A DNA stretch of 61,528 nucleotides, the filler included, from Nemertoderma westbladi (taxonomy: Eukaryota; Animalia; Xenacoelomorpha), in assembly GCA_032718475.1 (NCBI GenBank). It is 3 parts of 3 records of this genome, joined end to end, with 100 filler letters (N's around TTAATTAATTAA, not from the genome) between each part and the next. Parts side by side here need not be neighbours in the genome. Positions count along the whole stretch, not along the records: positions 1 to 31,260 come from JAUCBJ010008870.1; 2 more parts are not named here. One strand, 5' to 3'. How positions within the stretch are numbered: position 1 is the first letter of the stretch; the number at the start of each line of letters is the position of its first letter. Position numbers and translations under genes: made by a program. Shown here one piece after another: positions 1-11,668 of the stretch. The notes under the pieces were generated by a model. It was not told the DNA's origin. It searched no databases and saw nothing but the letters and a program-made list of their open reading frames with translations.

Positions 1-2159
1 TAGAGGTAAGATTGAGGATTGAAAGCCATCGATAGATACAAATTGAGATCGAGATGAAAGAAAGCTATATATTAGTTGATGAGGTAGTCCACGTATTCCA
101 TATGATGTTAGTTTAGATAGTAGTATTTCATGGTCTAGAGTATCGAAAGCTTTCTTTAGGTCAATGAAGATAGTACATGTAGATAGCGAATCGTCTAGGG
201 CCTGGTGGATGTTTTCAATGACAGAGAGAAGGGCGTGAGTTGTGGATGTTTTCGGACGAAAGCCATATTGCGATTTTGTTATTATTAGGAATTTTGAGAC
301 GTAAGATTGGGGCTGGGTCTTTATTATTTGTTCCAGAAGTTTACTTAGCAAGGGAAGAAGGGAGATTGGGCGATAGTTATTAGAGTCCATCGGGACTCCC
401 CCTTTAAATGATGGTAGGACTTTGGTTATTTTTAATGATTTTGGAAAGAAACCCTGCGAAATGGATAAATTAATTAAATAGCTTATGTGAATAGATATAT
501 GTTGTGCAGCGAGCATTATGAGTTTTATAGAAAAGTGGTCATTTGTAGATGTGTTAGGGTTTAGATGGAGTAAGTTATAGTGTATTTCAACTGGAGATGT
601 CTCAGAGAGAGAGAAGGAGTTTGGCCGAATGTGGTTGATGTAGCGAACAGGGGAAAGATGCGAATGTGGTATATCCCGAGCTAGTTTAGGGCCAATAGAA
701 GCAAAATGATTGTTCAGTGTATTAGCAATATGTGTTGGATCGGTTATAGTTTCAATTTTATCTCCAGTGGAAATAGTAAGTTTCTTAGGTGAGTTTAGTT
801 TACGCCATTTGTTTAGAGCAGTATTTTATTATCACCCATGTTTTACGTATGTTGTTAGAGTTTTTTGTAAACTGAGTAGAATAGTAGCGTGTTTGTGCAG
901 CACGTGTAGTTGAAGTTAAGCTGTTCTTATATTGCTTGTATTTAGTGTGGTTAGAATCAGTGGGGTTTTTTATATATGCCCGGTATAACTTATTTTTTTT
1001 AATGTGCATTTGATTAGGTTGGGGGTCATCCATGGTTTGAATGGTATTTTATTGGAAGATATATATTTTTTTGGAACATGCTTTAAACAGAGGCTCGTGA
1101 AGTCATCATAAAAAGTATCGAATTTATTATAATTCGGTATTGATGACGAAGTGTAAGACCATGTATTTGGATCCTTAACATCATGTAAAAAGTCATTTAC
1201 TCTGAAATTAGAGAAGTCAAAAACTGTACTTTTTTTGGGCTTATTGAAATAGCAAGAGTACTGTTGGAAGACCGTGAAGCAAGGGTAGTGGTCAGAAGTC
1301 CCAATTACATTTTGGAAGACACCGGATGTAGAGAATGATGAGGTAATGTTAGTTATAATATGGTCGATAGTAGTTTTAGAATAAGGTGTTACACGAGTAG
1401 GAGTAGATATTAGCGGTAGAAATCCGTATGAATTTAGGAGGTCTGTATATTGCAGAGAGCGGGCGGATGGTTTCAGGAGGTCAATGTTCATGTCACCTGT
1501 AAGGATGACGTCATAATTATTATTAGTTAAAGATAGCAGTATAGAATCCAGCTTTGTGAGAAATGTATCAATGTGTACAGGTTCGGGGCGATAGATAGTT
1601 CCAATAATTAGAACTTTATTCTGGGGGCGCTTTAATTCTATCCATGAATTTTCTATACCCAATAATTTTAAGTCCTTGCGTTCTGTGACGTCATATTTTG
1701 AGTGCACATAAATGGCCGTTCCTCCTCTGTGGAGTCTGCCGAGGGTACGGTTGTCAAGGAATGGGCCATGGTAGTTTGGAATTTTTATTGGGTCTAGGAG
1801 GTCGTCGTCAGCAAGGAATGTCTCAGTTAGAGTTAGAATATCAAATGTAGGTTTGATGGTAAGAAGAAAGTCAATTAAGTCCGAAATATTAGAATTAAGA
1901 CTCCTACAGTTCAGATTGAATATAGATAGTTCCTTTGTAGCAGTTGCATTATTATTGTCACAATGAAATTCGTCATTGAACCTTTGTTCAGAGTAGTAAC
2001 CCTTGTCTGCGGTTAGATTAATAACGTTGTTATGAGGATCAACATGGCTAAAAGTCTGTCCAATGGAGTCAGAAAGAGCATCAGAAGAGTCAAGATTGTC
2101 TGCTGTGAATAAATCAAAGATATCTTGGTCGGTAGTATCTACATAGGAAAAGGGAAATA
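1..2159 (-). mobile_element. Non-LTR retrotransposon (CR1/L2-group LINE) ORF2: APE endonuclease plus start of reverse transcriptase; frameshifted, runs off the window start, 5' end cut by a mariner insertion
   Basis: ORF 970-2172 has APE motifs (NCRSL, LTET, GGTAIYV, IYRP, GDMNID, PTRVT, IDHI, SDH). After frameshifts near 1030 and 810 the minus strand reads NYRPISLLPLLSKLLE, QYGFRPKTSTTHA and IFIDLKKAFDTLDH (RT motifs). Confidence 0.92.
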
Positions 2160-3240
2160 CAGGGTGTCCCATAAAATTTGTTACTACTTTGAATTTATAT
2201 AACTCCCACGTATGTTGGATAAAATATAAGTTTTTTATATCAATTTAAAGACAATATTCTAACTTAGATTTTGGTCTGTGTTTGGAATCACAATGTTGTC
2301 ATGGAAACAAAATATAGGCAATTGAATTCAAAAGCCAGATTTTATACATTCGTAGGTGCATGTTCTAGGCTTTTGCGGGTATTTATTTTATGAGAAAGTT
2401 AGTGTTGCTATGGAAATAAGACTAGCTACCATTTTGGTTCACTCTTGTGTTTTAAGTTGGAACCATGTTCTCTGGTGAAGATAAAGTTTTTATTGTAAAA
2501 ACGTATTTTGAAACTAAGTCGCCCAAACTAACAGCTAGTGCATTTGGACACAAATTTCCAAATCAGCGTCTTCCTAAAAACGCTGAAACTTTAAGATTCG
2601 TGAAAAAACTTTCTTCCGAATTCGGTTTCACCAGAAAAAAGGGGTCAGGAAGACGCATTCGTGTTTCAAGAGAAATCATCTGTCATCACGAACATCACTG
2701 AGGCGGGCATTACTATCATTAAGCTACGGTCGTAGCAGTATTCAAAGAGTTATTAAGAAACTCAAATTTAAATCTTACAAAATTCAGCTCCTACATGCAA
2801 TTCAACAAATCGACTACACCAGACGTGTCAATAATGTGGCCCAGATATTGAACTTTCTAGAATCTAAGGACTTATCCAAGGTATTCTTTAGTGATGAGTC
2901 TACCTTTCATGTCAATGGACAAGTAAATAGATGGAATTCTCGGATTTGGTGAAAGGAAAACCCTCACTCAATCGCTGAAAAATCTCGCGACTCACCAAAG
3001 GTCACTGTATGGGCAGCTATGTCTCGCACACGATTAATTGGTCCATACTTTTTTGATACACCAACTGTTACAAGTGCCAGTTATTTAGATTTGATATCTT
3101 CATTTTTTGTTCCTCGGTTAGGAATCCATCATAGCGATATTGTGTTCCAGCTAGATGGTGCACCGCCACACTGGGGGCTTATCGTTAGGAATTATTTGGA
3201 CTGTCATTTTAACGGACATTGGATTGGCCTGACACTGGAT
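2160..3240 (+). mobile_element. Decayed Tc1/mariner-superfamily DNA transposon (left TIR plus disrupted transposase; right end lost)
   Basis: TA followed by CAGGGTGTCCC terminus at 2158-2170. Transposase pieces: N-terminal HTH-like 2465-2701, FFSDESTFHVNG...KVTVWAAMS...IGPYFF...FQLDGAPPH...WIG, with frameshift and an in-frame stop. Confidence 0.88.
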
Positions 3241-3249
3241 TGGCCAGGC

Positions 3250-3492
3250 ATTGGATTAGGCCTCACATATAGAAAGTACTGCGTAAGAGCCAAAACGGAT
3301 TTCGACCAAATAGATCAACAATAGCTCAGATACTTGCACTATGGAGACTGATTAAAGGAATTAAGTCAAAGAATCTCCCCGCAGTCATAACATTTGTGGA
3401 CTTCAAGGAGGCATTCAACTCCATCCACAGAGGTAAAATTCTTGAAATCATAAGAGCTTATGGAATATCAGAAGTAATTGTTGCTGGCATTG
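3250..3492 (+). pseudogene. RTE-like LINE reverse transcriptase fragment
   Basis: Translates as LRKSQNGFRPNRSTIAQILAL...FVDFKEAFNSIHRGKILEIIRAYGI; ends abruptly at the LTR at 3493. Confidence 0.8.
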
Positions 3493-4071
3493 TGTGACGG
3501 GATCAAGGGATCCCCACCGGTTTGTTAGACTACGCGTCACCGTGGTATTGAGAATGGGAAAAGTATGTTGTTATCTCTTTGATGCTCGGTAATTAATATC
3601 AATAAATGAATAATGAATGATAGCACAGTTGATGGATTGACAATAACAGTATTGTATACGGTAGGTAGGATATATCGGTGATGGTGACGGTGAAAGATTT
3701 CACCGGTCTGCACTCAAGCTGATGACTGAACTGGTAACTAAATGCATTGACAATATATATGTAATCATTTCTACACTACTGTGGCCTTTGTTCAGTGGAT
3801 GCTCTCCCCCGCTCCTATTGGCTGATAACCTACTTCACGCCTCTCACCTCTCTGGGAGTGCTTCCCCCCTGTTGGCCCCTGTTGGTTATTTTCCCTGTCG
3901 AGGTGGTTTGACCTCTAACCTTCCTTTGTGTGGCTTTGGGGTTTGTGTTGTCCCCGGTTATTGATTGTGATACGAGATTGGTTGTTGCCAATCTCGTACC
4001 TCCGACATATTACTGAAAATGTGCCACTTACCATTTATGAGGGTAATGCAGCAGAACTGAATCCGCTTACA
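3493..4071 (-). repeat. 3' LTR of BEL element
   Basis: TGTGACGGGATC...GAATCCGCTTACA; homologous to 10988-11574 and 37477-37997. Preceded on the minus strand by polypurine tract GGGGGGGAG (4072-4080). Confidence 0.9.
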
Positions 4072-4832
4072 CTCCCCCCCATGCTATCTTCCCGGTGAGA
4101 AGATAGCATCTCCCATAAGTGCGCTTCAATTCCGCTGGAACCCGATCTACTATCGGGTGTGGGGTGGAGTCCTTTTCTCGGAGTCGGCTTTCCGGGCCGC
4201 TCCTTCTGGGTATGATGTCACTACCCTCTCTTGGTGCAACCGCAACCTATGTTGCACCAAGACATCTGGCGTCTCGGTTCGAGACAATTGTGGACTCTTC
4301 TCACACAATTTTTGTATCTCCACTCCACTCTAAACTGACTCTAACTTCTCTAGTTCCACTCTAACTCCACTCTACTTTCGGACCTCTTTGTCCCTAACTC
4401 TGCCTCTTACTCTTCTCCTCCCCACATTTGAATTGCACCCGTACTCTCTCCACACGCGTCAACACCGCCTCTCACTATCTCCCCTGCGTTCTATACTTAA
4501 CCCTTACTCACTCTGCCCCATTCACTCCTGACGAGCCTCACCCTCCCCTTCCGTGCCGTCGCACTTAAGAAGTGTGGAGTGTGTAGTGCCATGTCTAGTC
4601 TCCCGTCCTCCTGTTATAGTCGATTGGTTCCCAGTCCCACTAGCTAATTGGAAAAGGTTACATGACTATAGTACTTACTTTGATTATATTGATTATATTG
4701 ATTATATGATTATATTTTATTGATTACTACATACGTACATACTAATTGCACTTTTATTAAATTTGCACTTAGAAGTTCGTATTACTTCGCATGTGGTGCC
4801 TTCCAGGGATCCCCACATCTCCCCTCCGAGTC

Positions 4833-5186
4833 CTACTCCGCTCCTCCCGTCTTTGGGAACCATCTCAGTTCCTTCCCTCTGTTGTCGTCCTGTCTCGGTG
4901 GTTCCCTCGGATACTTCGGTATCCCGAACTTCGCCTCGTCTCCCTTTACCACGTAGTGGAAATGCTCGAGGATCGCGTTGTCTAACGATGGCGTCCCGTA
5001 GGTCCTGACCAGCCGCCTCTCGTGCACCTCCCTGAAATGGTCCTGCAGCGCTCGCGCCTTGTGACCCTTCTCTAACCGCTCGTAGTATCCCCTCATCTTC
5101 TCCTCCGGATGTCTCTCGGTGAAATCTACTAGTATCTCCTTTCCACCCATTTCCGCCTTTCTCTTTCTGACAAGTCTCTCCGCCAT
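4833..5186 (-). CDS. Small charged ORF (117 aa) in the 3' internal region of the BEL element; function unknown
   Basis: ATG-initiated and uninterrupted, same strand as gag, located between the pol remnant and the PPT; no recognised motif. Confidence 0.4.
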   Translation of the reverse strand: MAERLVRKRKAEMGGKEILVDFTERHPEEKMRGYYERLEKGHKARALQDHFREVHERRLVRTYGTPSLDNAILEHFHYVVKGDEAKFGIPKYPREPPRQDDNRGKELRWFPKTGGAE

Positions 5187-5689
5187 TTCGAACGCTCTCT
5201 ATCGCTCACCTATAAGGTGGTGCCTTGCCAAGGCTCAATATAGGTGAGTGATGTAGTTAGGATGGTCTGTGTGGTCCGATAATGGCCTATCTCTCTCAGA
5301 GCGCTAGGTTTTCTTGCTGTATTTGCCTATTTACCCCCTAAAGTGCTAAATTTCCTTTAATTCCCTAAATCTGTAGTTACTTTTATTATGTTCTAGAATA
5401 TTTTGCCTACTGTTGCTATAATTTGTCGAATTTGATTTTTAATGTAATTTTAATTCTATAACTGTGCTATCAATACTTATGATGGATTATTTGTTCAAAT
5501 AATCCCTACGGTTCGTATACAGGATGGACTAGCTATTCCTTACTGTGCTAGTCTGCACCAGGTAACCTCCTGGCCCTGTATCAAACATTCTGACCTACTC
5601 TACGGGCTGTGCAGTACAGTAGTATGTCTCATGCGGCCTACATGGTCTGTCCTGCTGTACCCACGTGCCCCCCTCTCACTTCTTACTAC

Positions 5690-6175
5690 TAACCCTACTA
5701 ACCCTCTAACTCCACTAATTCCCTAACTCTTACTAACTCTCTAACTAATAGTACTACATACCCTCTTACTCTCTAACTAACTCTTACTAATGGAACTACG
5801 TACCCTCTTACTCTCTAACTAATGGTACTACGTACCCTCTTACTACTCTAACTAACTCTTACTAACGGTACTATGTACCGTCTTACTCTCTAACTCTTAC
5901 TAACTCTTACTAACAGTACTACGTACCCTCTTACTACTAACTCTTACTAACTCTTACTAACGGTACTACGTATCCTCTTACTGCTAACTCTTACTAACTC
6001 CACTAACGGTACTACGTACCCTCTTACTACTGACTCTTACTAACTCCACTAACGGTACTACGTACCCTCTTACTACTAACTCTTACTAACTCCACTAACG
6101 GTACTATGTACCCTCTTACTACTGACCCTTACTAACGGTACTACGTACCCTCTTACTACTAACTCTTACTAACTT
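5690..6175. repeat. Minisatellite (about 45-48-bp unit, core CTAACGGTACTACGTACCCTCTTACTA) inside the BEL 3' region
   Basis: About 9 copies of the GGTACTACGTACC core separated by CTCTTACTAA subunits. Confidence 0.9.
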
Positions 6176-6362
6176 CTATCTGCCTACTTACTTACTACTA
6201 CATACTATGTACTATGTACTATTACTTTCCTTTCTCTTTCTCATCCCTTCTCTTACTTTCTTTCTATTATTTTATTATTTTATATTATTTTTATATTTTT
6301 GTGGGAAGGGCGTCTCGCCCTCAATCCCACCCCCCTCAGTCCAACACTTGGACGACTAAACT

Positions 6363-6803
6363 CTATGGTGCCCCTTCTAGCAGGCAACACTTCCCTACAG
6401 CCCTCCAGTAGGTCTTCCTGTCTTTCGCTCCTATCTTACCCCCTATCCGCACTTCCACCGAATGGACTCTTCCGTCCTCGTCGGAGTAAGTGTCTACAAC
6501 TCTTGCTAGCCTCCACTGACTGTTGATGATTGTGTCGTCCGTGACGATCACCAAATCACCTTTCGGCACTACCCCAAGTAGTACCATTCCTCTTTTCTTC
6601 GCCCCTGCGGTGCTCGTCGCCATTGTCTGCCCTTTGCCTTGACCGAACTTAATTGGTGTTTCTTTGCATTGATCAGCTCTGTGTCCGCCCACCACACATC
6701 GATGACAGATTCCACTCTTCCTTGCATATTCTACCTGATCTTGTTTGGGCAACGCTTGCCAATATCTGCAGTTCATGGTCTGATGAAGTGCGTTCGTATG
6801 CAA
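6363..6803 (-). pseudogene. BEL gag zinc knuckle joined directly to the post-integrase C-terminal segment (deletion junction)
   Basis: CHRCVVGGHRADQC is followed about 30 aa later by GDLVIVTDD...WRLARVVDTYSDEDGRVHSVEVR (DUF5641-like BEL/Pao motif). Confidence 0.85.
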
Positions 6804-6895
6804 TTGGCATTTGTTGTTTGGATTATAGCTGTCCCTATACAGTGCGCTTCGTATCGCACTTACGTTCGTACCTAGATCCCTACTGTTCTTATTAT

Positions 6896-7813
6896 TTAGG
6901 TTCGGCCTACTGGGCGTGTTGGGGTTATGTTTGTTTGTGTTGTTATTTTGCCCCTGTCCGCTCCATGGTGTGGCCCTACCCCGGCTACATGTAGACTAGC
7001 AGTCCCCTGCATCGCCGCATATGGCAGCGATTGTCTAAGCTTTGGCAATGCGTTTGCCGTGTTATGTTCTGGTTTTGGCCTGTTATAATCGGTCTTTGGC
7101 CCTTTCCCCAGACTATCCTCGCTATAGACTGGGTCCGTGATCAACTCAGCTTCATAGTTGAGGAAGTTCGACATTTCCTCTAGGCCCGGTTCCGCACCCT
7201 TCTTCTCCCGGGTGGAGAAGGCGATCTTTCTCCATTTACTGCGCAGCCAGATCAGCAGTGCCTGCGCTATCGTGGTGATGTTATTAGATGCGTTGAGTTC
7301 GTATGGTGCGTCTAGTGTTTTCATCACAATTAACGCCTTCTCGACTTTGTTCGCAAACATCTTTATGCTAACGGGGTTATCCTGTAGGCCACCCGATGTT
7401 ATACCCCTCAGGGTCTGCCGGATGATCTTGGCCGGGTGCCCATATTCCCTGTCCAGGGCCCGCCATGCAGTTGTGAAGCCGCCCTCGATGCCCTGATACT
7501 GCCTCACGATGTCGTACGCTGGGCCTCCTGTATATACCTGTAGATATTTTAGGCACTCTGCCTGCGTCAGGTTCTTGGTTAATATCTCGTTGCTGTACAT
7601 GCGCCGAAATTGCAGGTATTCTTCCGGCCTACTTCCGTCGAATTTAAATGGCTCGACTGGTGGTAACTCGATTCTGGTCTTAAGTGCATCGATTAATGTA
7701 GCCATTCCCATCGCCTGTGCTTCCAATGGGTTCGAAGGATGCTGTACAGATTCTCCCATTGGGTGCGGTCCGCCCGTCTGGCCTGTTGCCTTCCGTTGCG
7801 TCGGATATACCAT
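6896..7813 (-). pseudogene. BEL/Pao gag core (DUF1759-like)
   Basis: LPPVEPFKFDGS..EYLQF...LKYLQVYTGGPA...AWRALDREYG...WLRSKW pattern typical of BEL gag. Confidence 0.85.
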
Positions 7814-7925
7814 TGGGGGTAACGGCCCCCTCCATATTTACGTGTCGCAAGATCTGTTCTTCTCCAGGGGGTTCGATGTTCTTATTTCTGTTTGAGTATA
7901 TTGTTGATATTGTAATGGGGGAATG

Positions 7926-10882
7926 TCACCCTGTCCCCCCCCCCACCAGTGGTATGTTTGGTACTGGGGTTGATGTTAATATATTGGGGCCCATACACCT
8001 ATCCGCAATGACTCTCCCTTCCCCTGGATATATGTTATGTCCCTGCATGTTATAGTCATACTGCTGTGCTGGTACCGGTATAGGCCTATCCACTTCTGGC
8101 CTACCTACCGGTATATACTCCGCGACTTCTGGGTTTAATCCCGTAGTTCGCGCTACCCTATCGCCTACACTATCTCTCCCAGCATGGCCTATAGTATGTG
8201 CAGTAAGGCCTACAGTATGTCCTGCAGTCTGTATGTGTCCCTCCGGACCGAAGTTTAACCTTCTCGAATAATCCAAGAAGTCCTCCCCGCGACTACCATA
8301 CCCTCGATCGGCGGCTATATCTCATCGGGAAGTTTCTCTTCGATCCCCTCTCCTATTCTCGTCCTCGTACCGGTACGCCCTGTACCCCTCTCTCGGCGTA
8401 TAGTACACCTCGCCAGGTTGCGTCTCTCCAGGACGACGGCAATCTCCCGGAGTTCGACCCCACTGACTCTCCAACTCCATCTCTACTACCGACGGCTCGC
8501 TATCCGTCCTCGCTCTCCGGTCGCTCCTAGCAACACTTCTTCGACTCTCTTCTCTTCTTCTCGCTTCAGTGTAGCGTCCCCGCTCGTGAGATCTCTCATC
8601 TACCTCCCGGTTAAACTCCACTGTTCTTCTTCCCTCTTCTGACTGGGCTCGACATCTCTTCGCTCGCCCTCTCGCGACGCCAACCTCCCTCTCTCTAGCC
8701 GGTCGCACGCCGCTGGGGATATTCGTAATCCCCCAACTATTCTCTGTCATCGGGTGCTGCGGTTCACCTAATTCGCCCCGCGCATTATCCGCTGACCCCT
8801 GTGTGACACTCTCTGCCCCCCCTCTCGCCGCTAATCTCTCATTGTGGGGCTCCTGTAGCCCCCCCCCCCCCCCCACTCGCCTCCTATCACTTCACTATCT
8901 CTCGTTTCACCTCTAAGCCCCTCTCTAGTCGACGCACTATCTCTACTTCGGCTGGGTCTATTCACCCCCGCCTCTCCCTCTATCACTATGTGGCCTGGCA
9001 GGCTCCCATTGGGTCGACTCACCCCCGCTACTCCCTGCGTATTAACTATATGGCCTTCCAGGCTCCCGTCGGGGTCTCTCACCCCCGCTACCCCCTGCGT
9101 ACTGATTATGTGGCCTGGCAGGCTCTCGTTGGCCGGGCCACCTACATCTGCCGCGTTTATATTAATAGCACCATTATTAATATTATTTTCTAAATTATTT
9201 AAATTATTAGAGTTATTCTGTACTGAATTCGGATTATTATTTAAATTATTTTGTATATTTGGGTTAGAATCGGGATTATTTTGTACGTTTGAATTAAAGT
9301 TATTATTTAGATTATTTTGCATATTTAAATTTAAATTATTTGAATTACTTTGTATATTCGAATCTAGATTATTATTTGAATTACTTTCTATATTTAAATT
9401 AGGATCGTTCGGATATAAATTATTGTTACCGGGCAAAATATTATTTCCTGCAATGAAAGTTTGATTAGGGTTGTCTACTATGGTACTATTAATATTAACG
9501 TCTTCTAATGTATTGTTATTACCCCCCCCCCCCCCCCCCACCCGTATGGTTACACCAGTCTTGGGTCTGTCGTCCGGTCCCTGTAAGTGGGGTATTAACA
9601 AACGTTTCCATAACCTCTGGCTCCTCGTAAATACTACCCGAGCCAGCCTCACTCTCTGATAGTCCCAACTGCGCCAGTTCTAGTCGGCGCTTCTGTTTGG
9701 CCTGATATTGCATAAGCCCCCTCAACCGGGCAAGCATATCATCCCGCATGCGCTTCCCTGCTCCCTCTCTCTCTCTATCCTCTCGCAAACTCTGGTTCGC
9801 TAACTCTGTTTCTCTCGCCACCCGCTCACTACGCTCGCTCTCTACTCTCTCTGCCCTCGCTTCCCACTCCTTGTGTTCATTCTCTACTCTTATTTTTCAC
9901 TCTTTACGCTCCTCTTTCTCCCTCTCTTCTTGCTCCTTACGTTCGTTCTCTACCCTTATTTATCGCTCTTTGCGCTCTTCTTTCTCCCTCTCTTCTTGCT
10001 CTCTACAGTTCCTGGCCACCCTCTCGGCCCTCTCTCTGCACTCCCTCGCTAACTCTCTCTCTTTCTCCAACAGCGCAGTTCCCTCATCCAACTGCCTCTC
10101 TAACTCTTTCTGGTCTAGCGCCACCATGTCTAATTGACACGCCAGATCTATCTCTAACACCCTTCTTGCTTTCGTGGAGGATGTAGCGGACTTATCGGTC
10201 GCGACGGACTCCCGTCGCCTCCCTGTCCTACTAACTTTCCCCCGCTTTCTGGGGTTTTCGCTAACCGACGAGACCGAATCCTCGGGGTTAACCTCAGGTT
10301 CGCCCTCGTGCGGATCTGCCCAACCCACTAACTTAATTCCCCTAGCATCCACTAAAGATGGCCCTACGTACACTACTTGGGGCTCCATAATCCCGCATCG
10401 CCACAGTTCGAATAGTTCGGTGGCGACCCCCCTCGCTCTCTCACTCGCCAGTTCTCCCTGCCCGAAACGAACTAGGTATCTGAAATGTTTATTCGACTCA
10501 CCTAGTCGCTGGCTCAACTTCCCCTGGTTTACCTTTGCTCCCTCTCTGGCCTCCTTGAGCTGTTTCTTCGTGGCGTTGTAGGCCCGTCGAAGCCGATCGC
10601 TGGTTCCGACATCCTCGTCGCCGACATCTCCTCCTCCTCTCCTGGTTCGGCGTCGTACCGGCGGCCCCACTGTCGCCGTTTTGGTGGGCCGTCCATCGCC
10701 CTCGGCCTGTGGCTGGCCGGTGACTTCGGTACTTCGACCGCCGTCGTGCATCGACTCGTCCCCTCCTTGTAGTAGACAGCCGCCCTCCGCTTGGGCTGCC
10801 AGATCGTCTGTCGTTGGCGAATCCGGCGTCGCAGGTCAGTACCGTCGCGTTGCGGCCTCGCGGATCGTTTCGTTGGTATCAT
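7926..10882 (-). pseudogene. Long low-complexity N-terminal extension of BEL gag (E/R coiled coil, Asn-rich tract, 60-bp repeats), broken by frameshifts
   Basis: Consecutive minus-strand ORFs 9960-10751, 9519-9821, 8831-9652, 8322-8876 and 7926-8276. Frame changes occur near poly-C runs (about 8858-8874 and 9522-9539). Homologous to 36895-37476. Confidence 0.6.
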
Positions 10883-10987
10883 CCGGGGTCCGCGGCAGTG
10901 TCCTCTCTCCTTCCGATAGTTGGGGTTGTCCTGTGCTCATTCTCCCCTCTGGCAGTCACAGTTTGTGGGTTGTTGGGAGTTTTTCAC

Positions 10988-11574
10988 TGTGACGGGATCA
11001 AGGGATCCCGACCGGTTTGTCGAACTACGCGTCACCGTGATATTGAGAATAATGGGAAAAGTTTGTTGTTATCTCTTTGATCCTTTAGTAATTAATATCA
11101 ATGAAATGAATAGTCAATGATAGCACAGTTGTGATGGATAATATATATGTATTGTATACCTGTAGGTAGGATATCGGTGATGGTGATGGTGATGGTGAAA
11201 AACATCACCGGTCTGCACTGAACTGAATGACTGAGTAAACTGAACAACTGACCGGTAATAGGATAATATATGTATTCATTCCTACATTACTTTGGCCTTT
11301 GTCCAGTGGATACGTTTCCCCTCTCCCATTGGTTGATGACCTACTTCACGCCTCTCACCTCTGTGGGAGTGCTTCCCCCCCGCTGTTGGTTATCTGCCCT
11401 CTCGAGGTGGTTTGACCTCTAACCTCCCTTTGTGTGGCTTTTGGGGTGTATGTTATCCCGTTATTGGGTGTGATACGAGATTGGTTGTTATCAATCTCGT
11501 ATCTCCAATATTGCTGAAAAAGGCGCCACTTCCCAACTTTATGGGGGTAGTGAGTAGAATTGAATCCGCTCACA
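10988..11574 (-). repeat. 5' LTR of BEL element
   Basis: TGTGACGGGATCAAGGGATCCC...GAATCCGCTCACA; clearly homologous to, but diverged from, 3493-4071. Confidence 0.9.
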
Positions 11575-11668
11575 TATACTTATATTCCGTTTATGGTGTA
11601 AAATAAATTTTACATGAGTCTCATAAAGTAAAATCGTAGTAATAAAAAGTTACCAGAAAAATGAATGT

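Larger units (their letters stand above)
3493..11574 (-). mobile_element. BEL/Pao LTR retrotransposon, internally deleted (no protease, RT, RNase H or integrase core), possibly a recombinant of two insertions
   Basis: Related LTRs at 3493-4071 and 10988-11574 with TG...CA ends; PPT next to the 3493-4071 LTR; BEL-type gag domain, zinc knuckle and integrase C-terminal motif; no matching TSD. Confidence 0.85.

Noticed and set aside
2160-2172. ATG at 2172 as the start of the LINE ORF
   Set aside because: It lies inside the mariner TIR; the real LINE 5' part is missing.
7158-10992. Plus-strand ORFs over the BEL gag region (and similar antisense ORFs over Gypsy, hAT, LINE and SLC6 ORFs)
   Set aside because: Antisense shadows of the real coding frames with no independent motifs.
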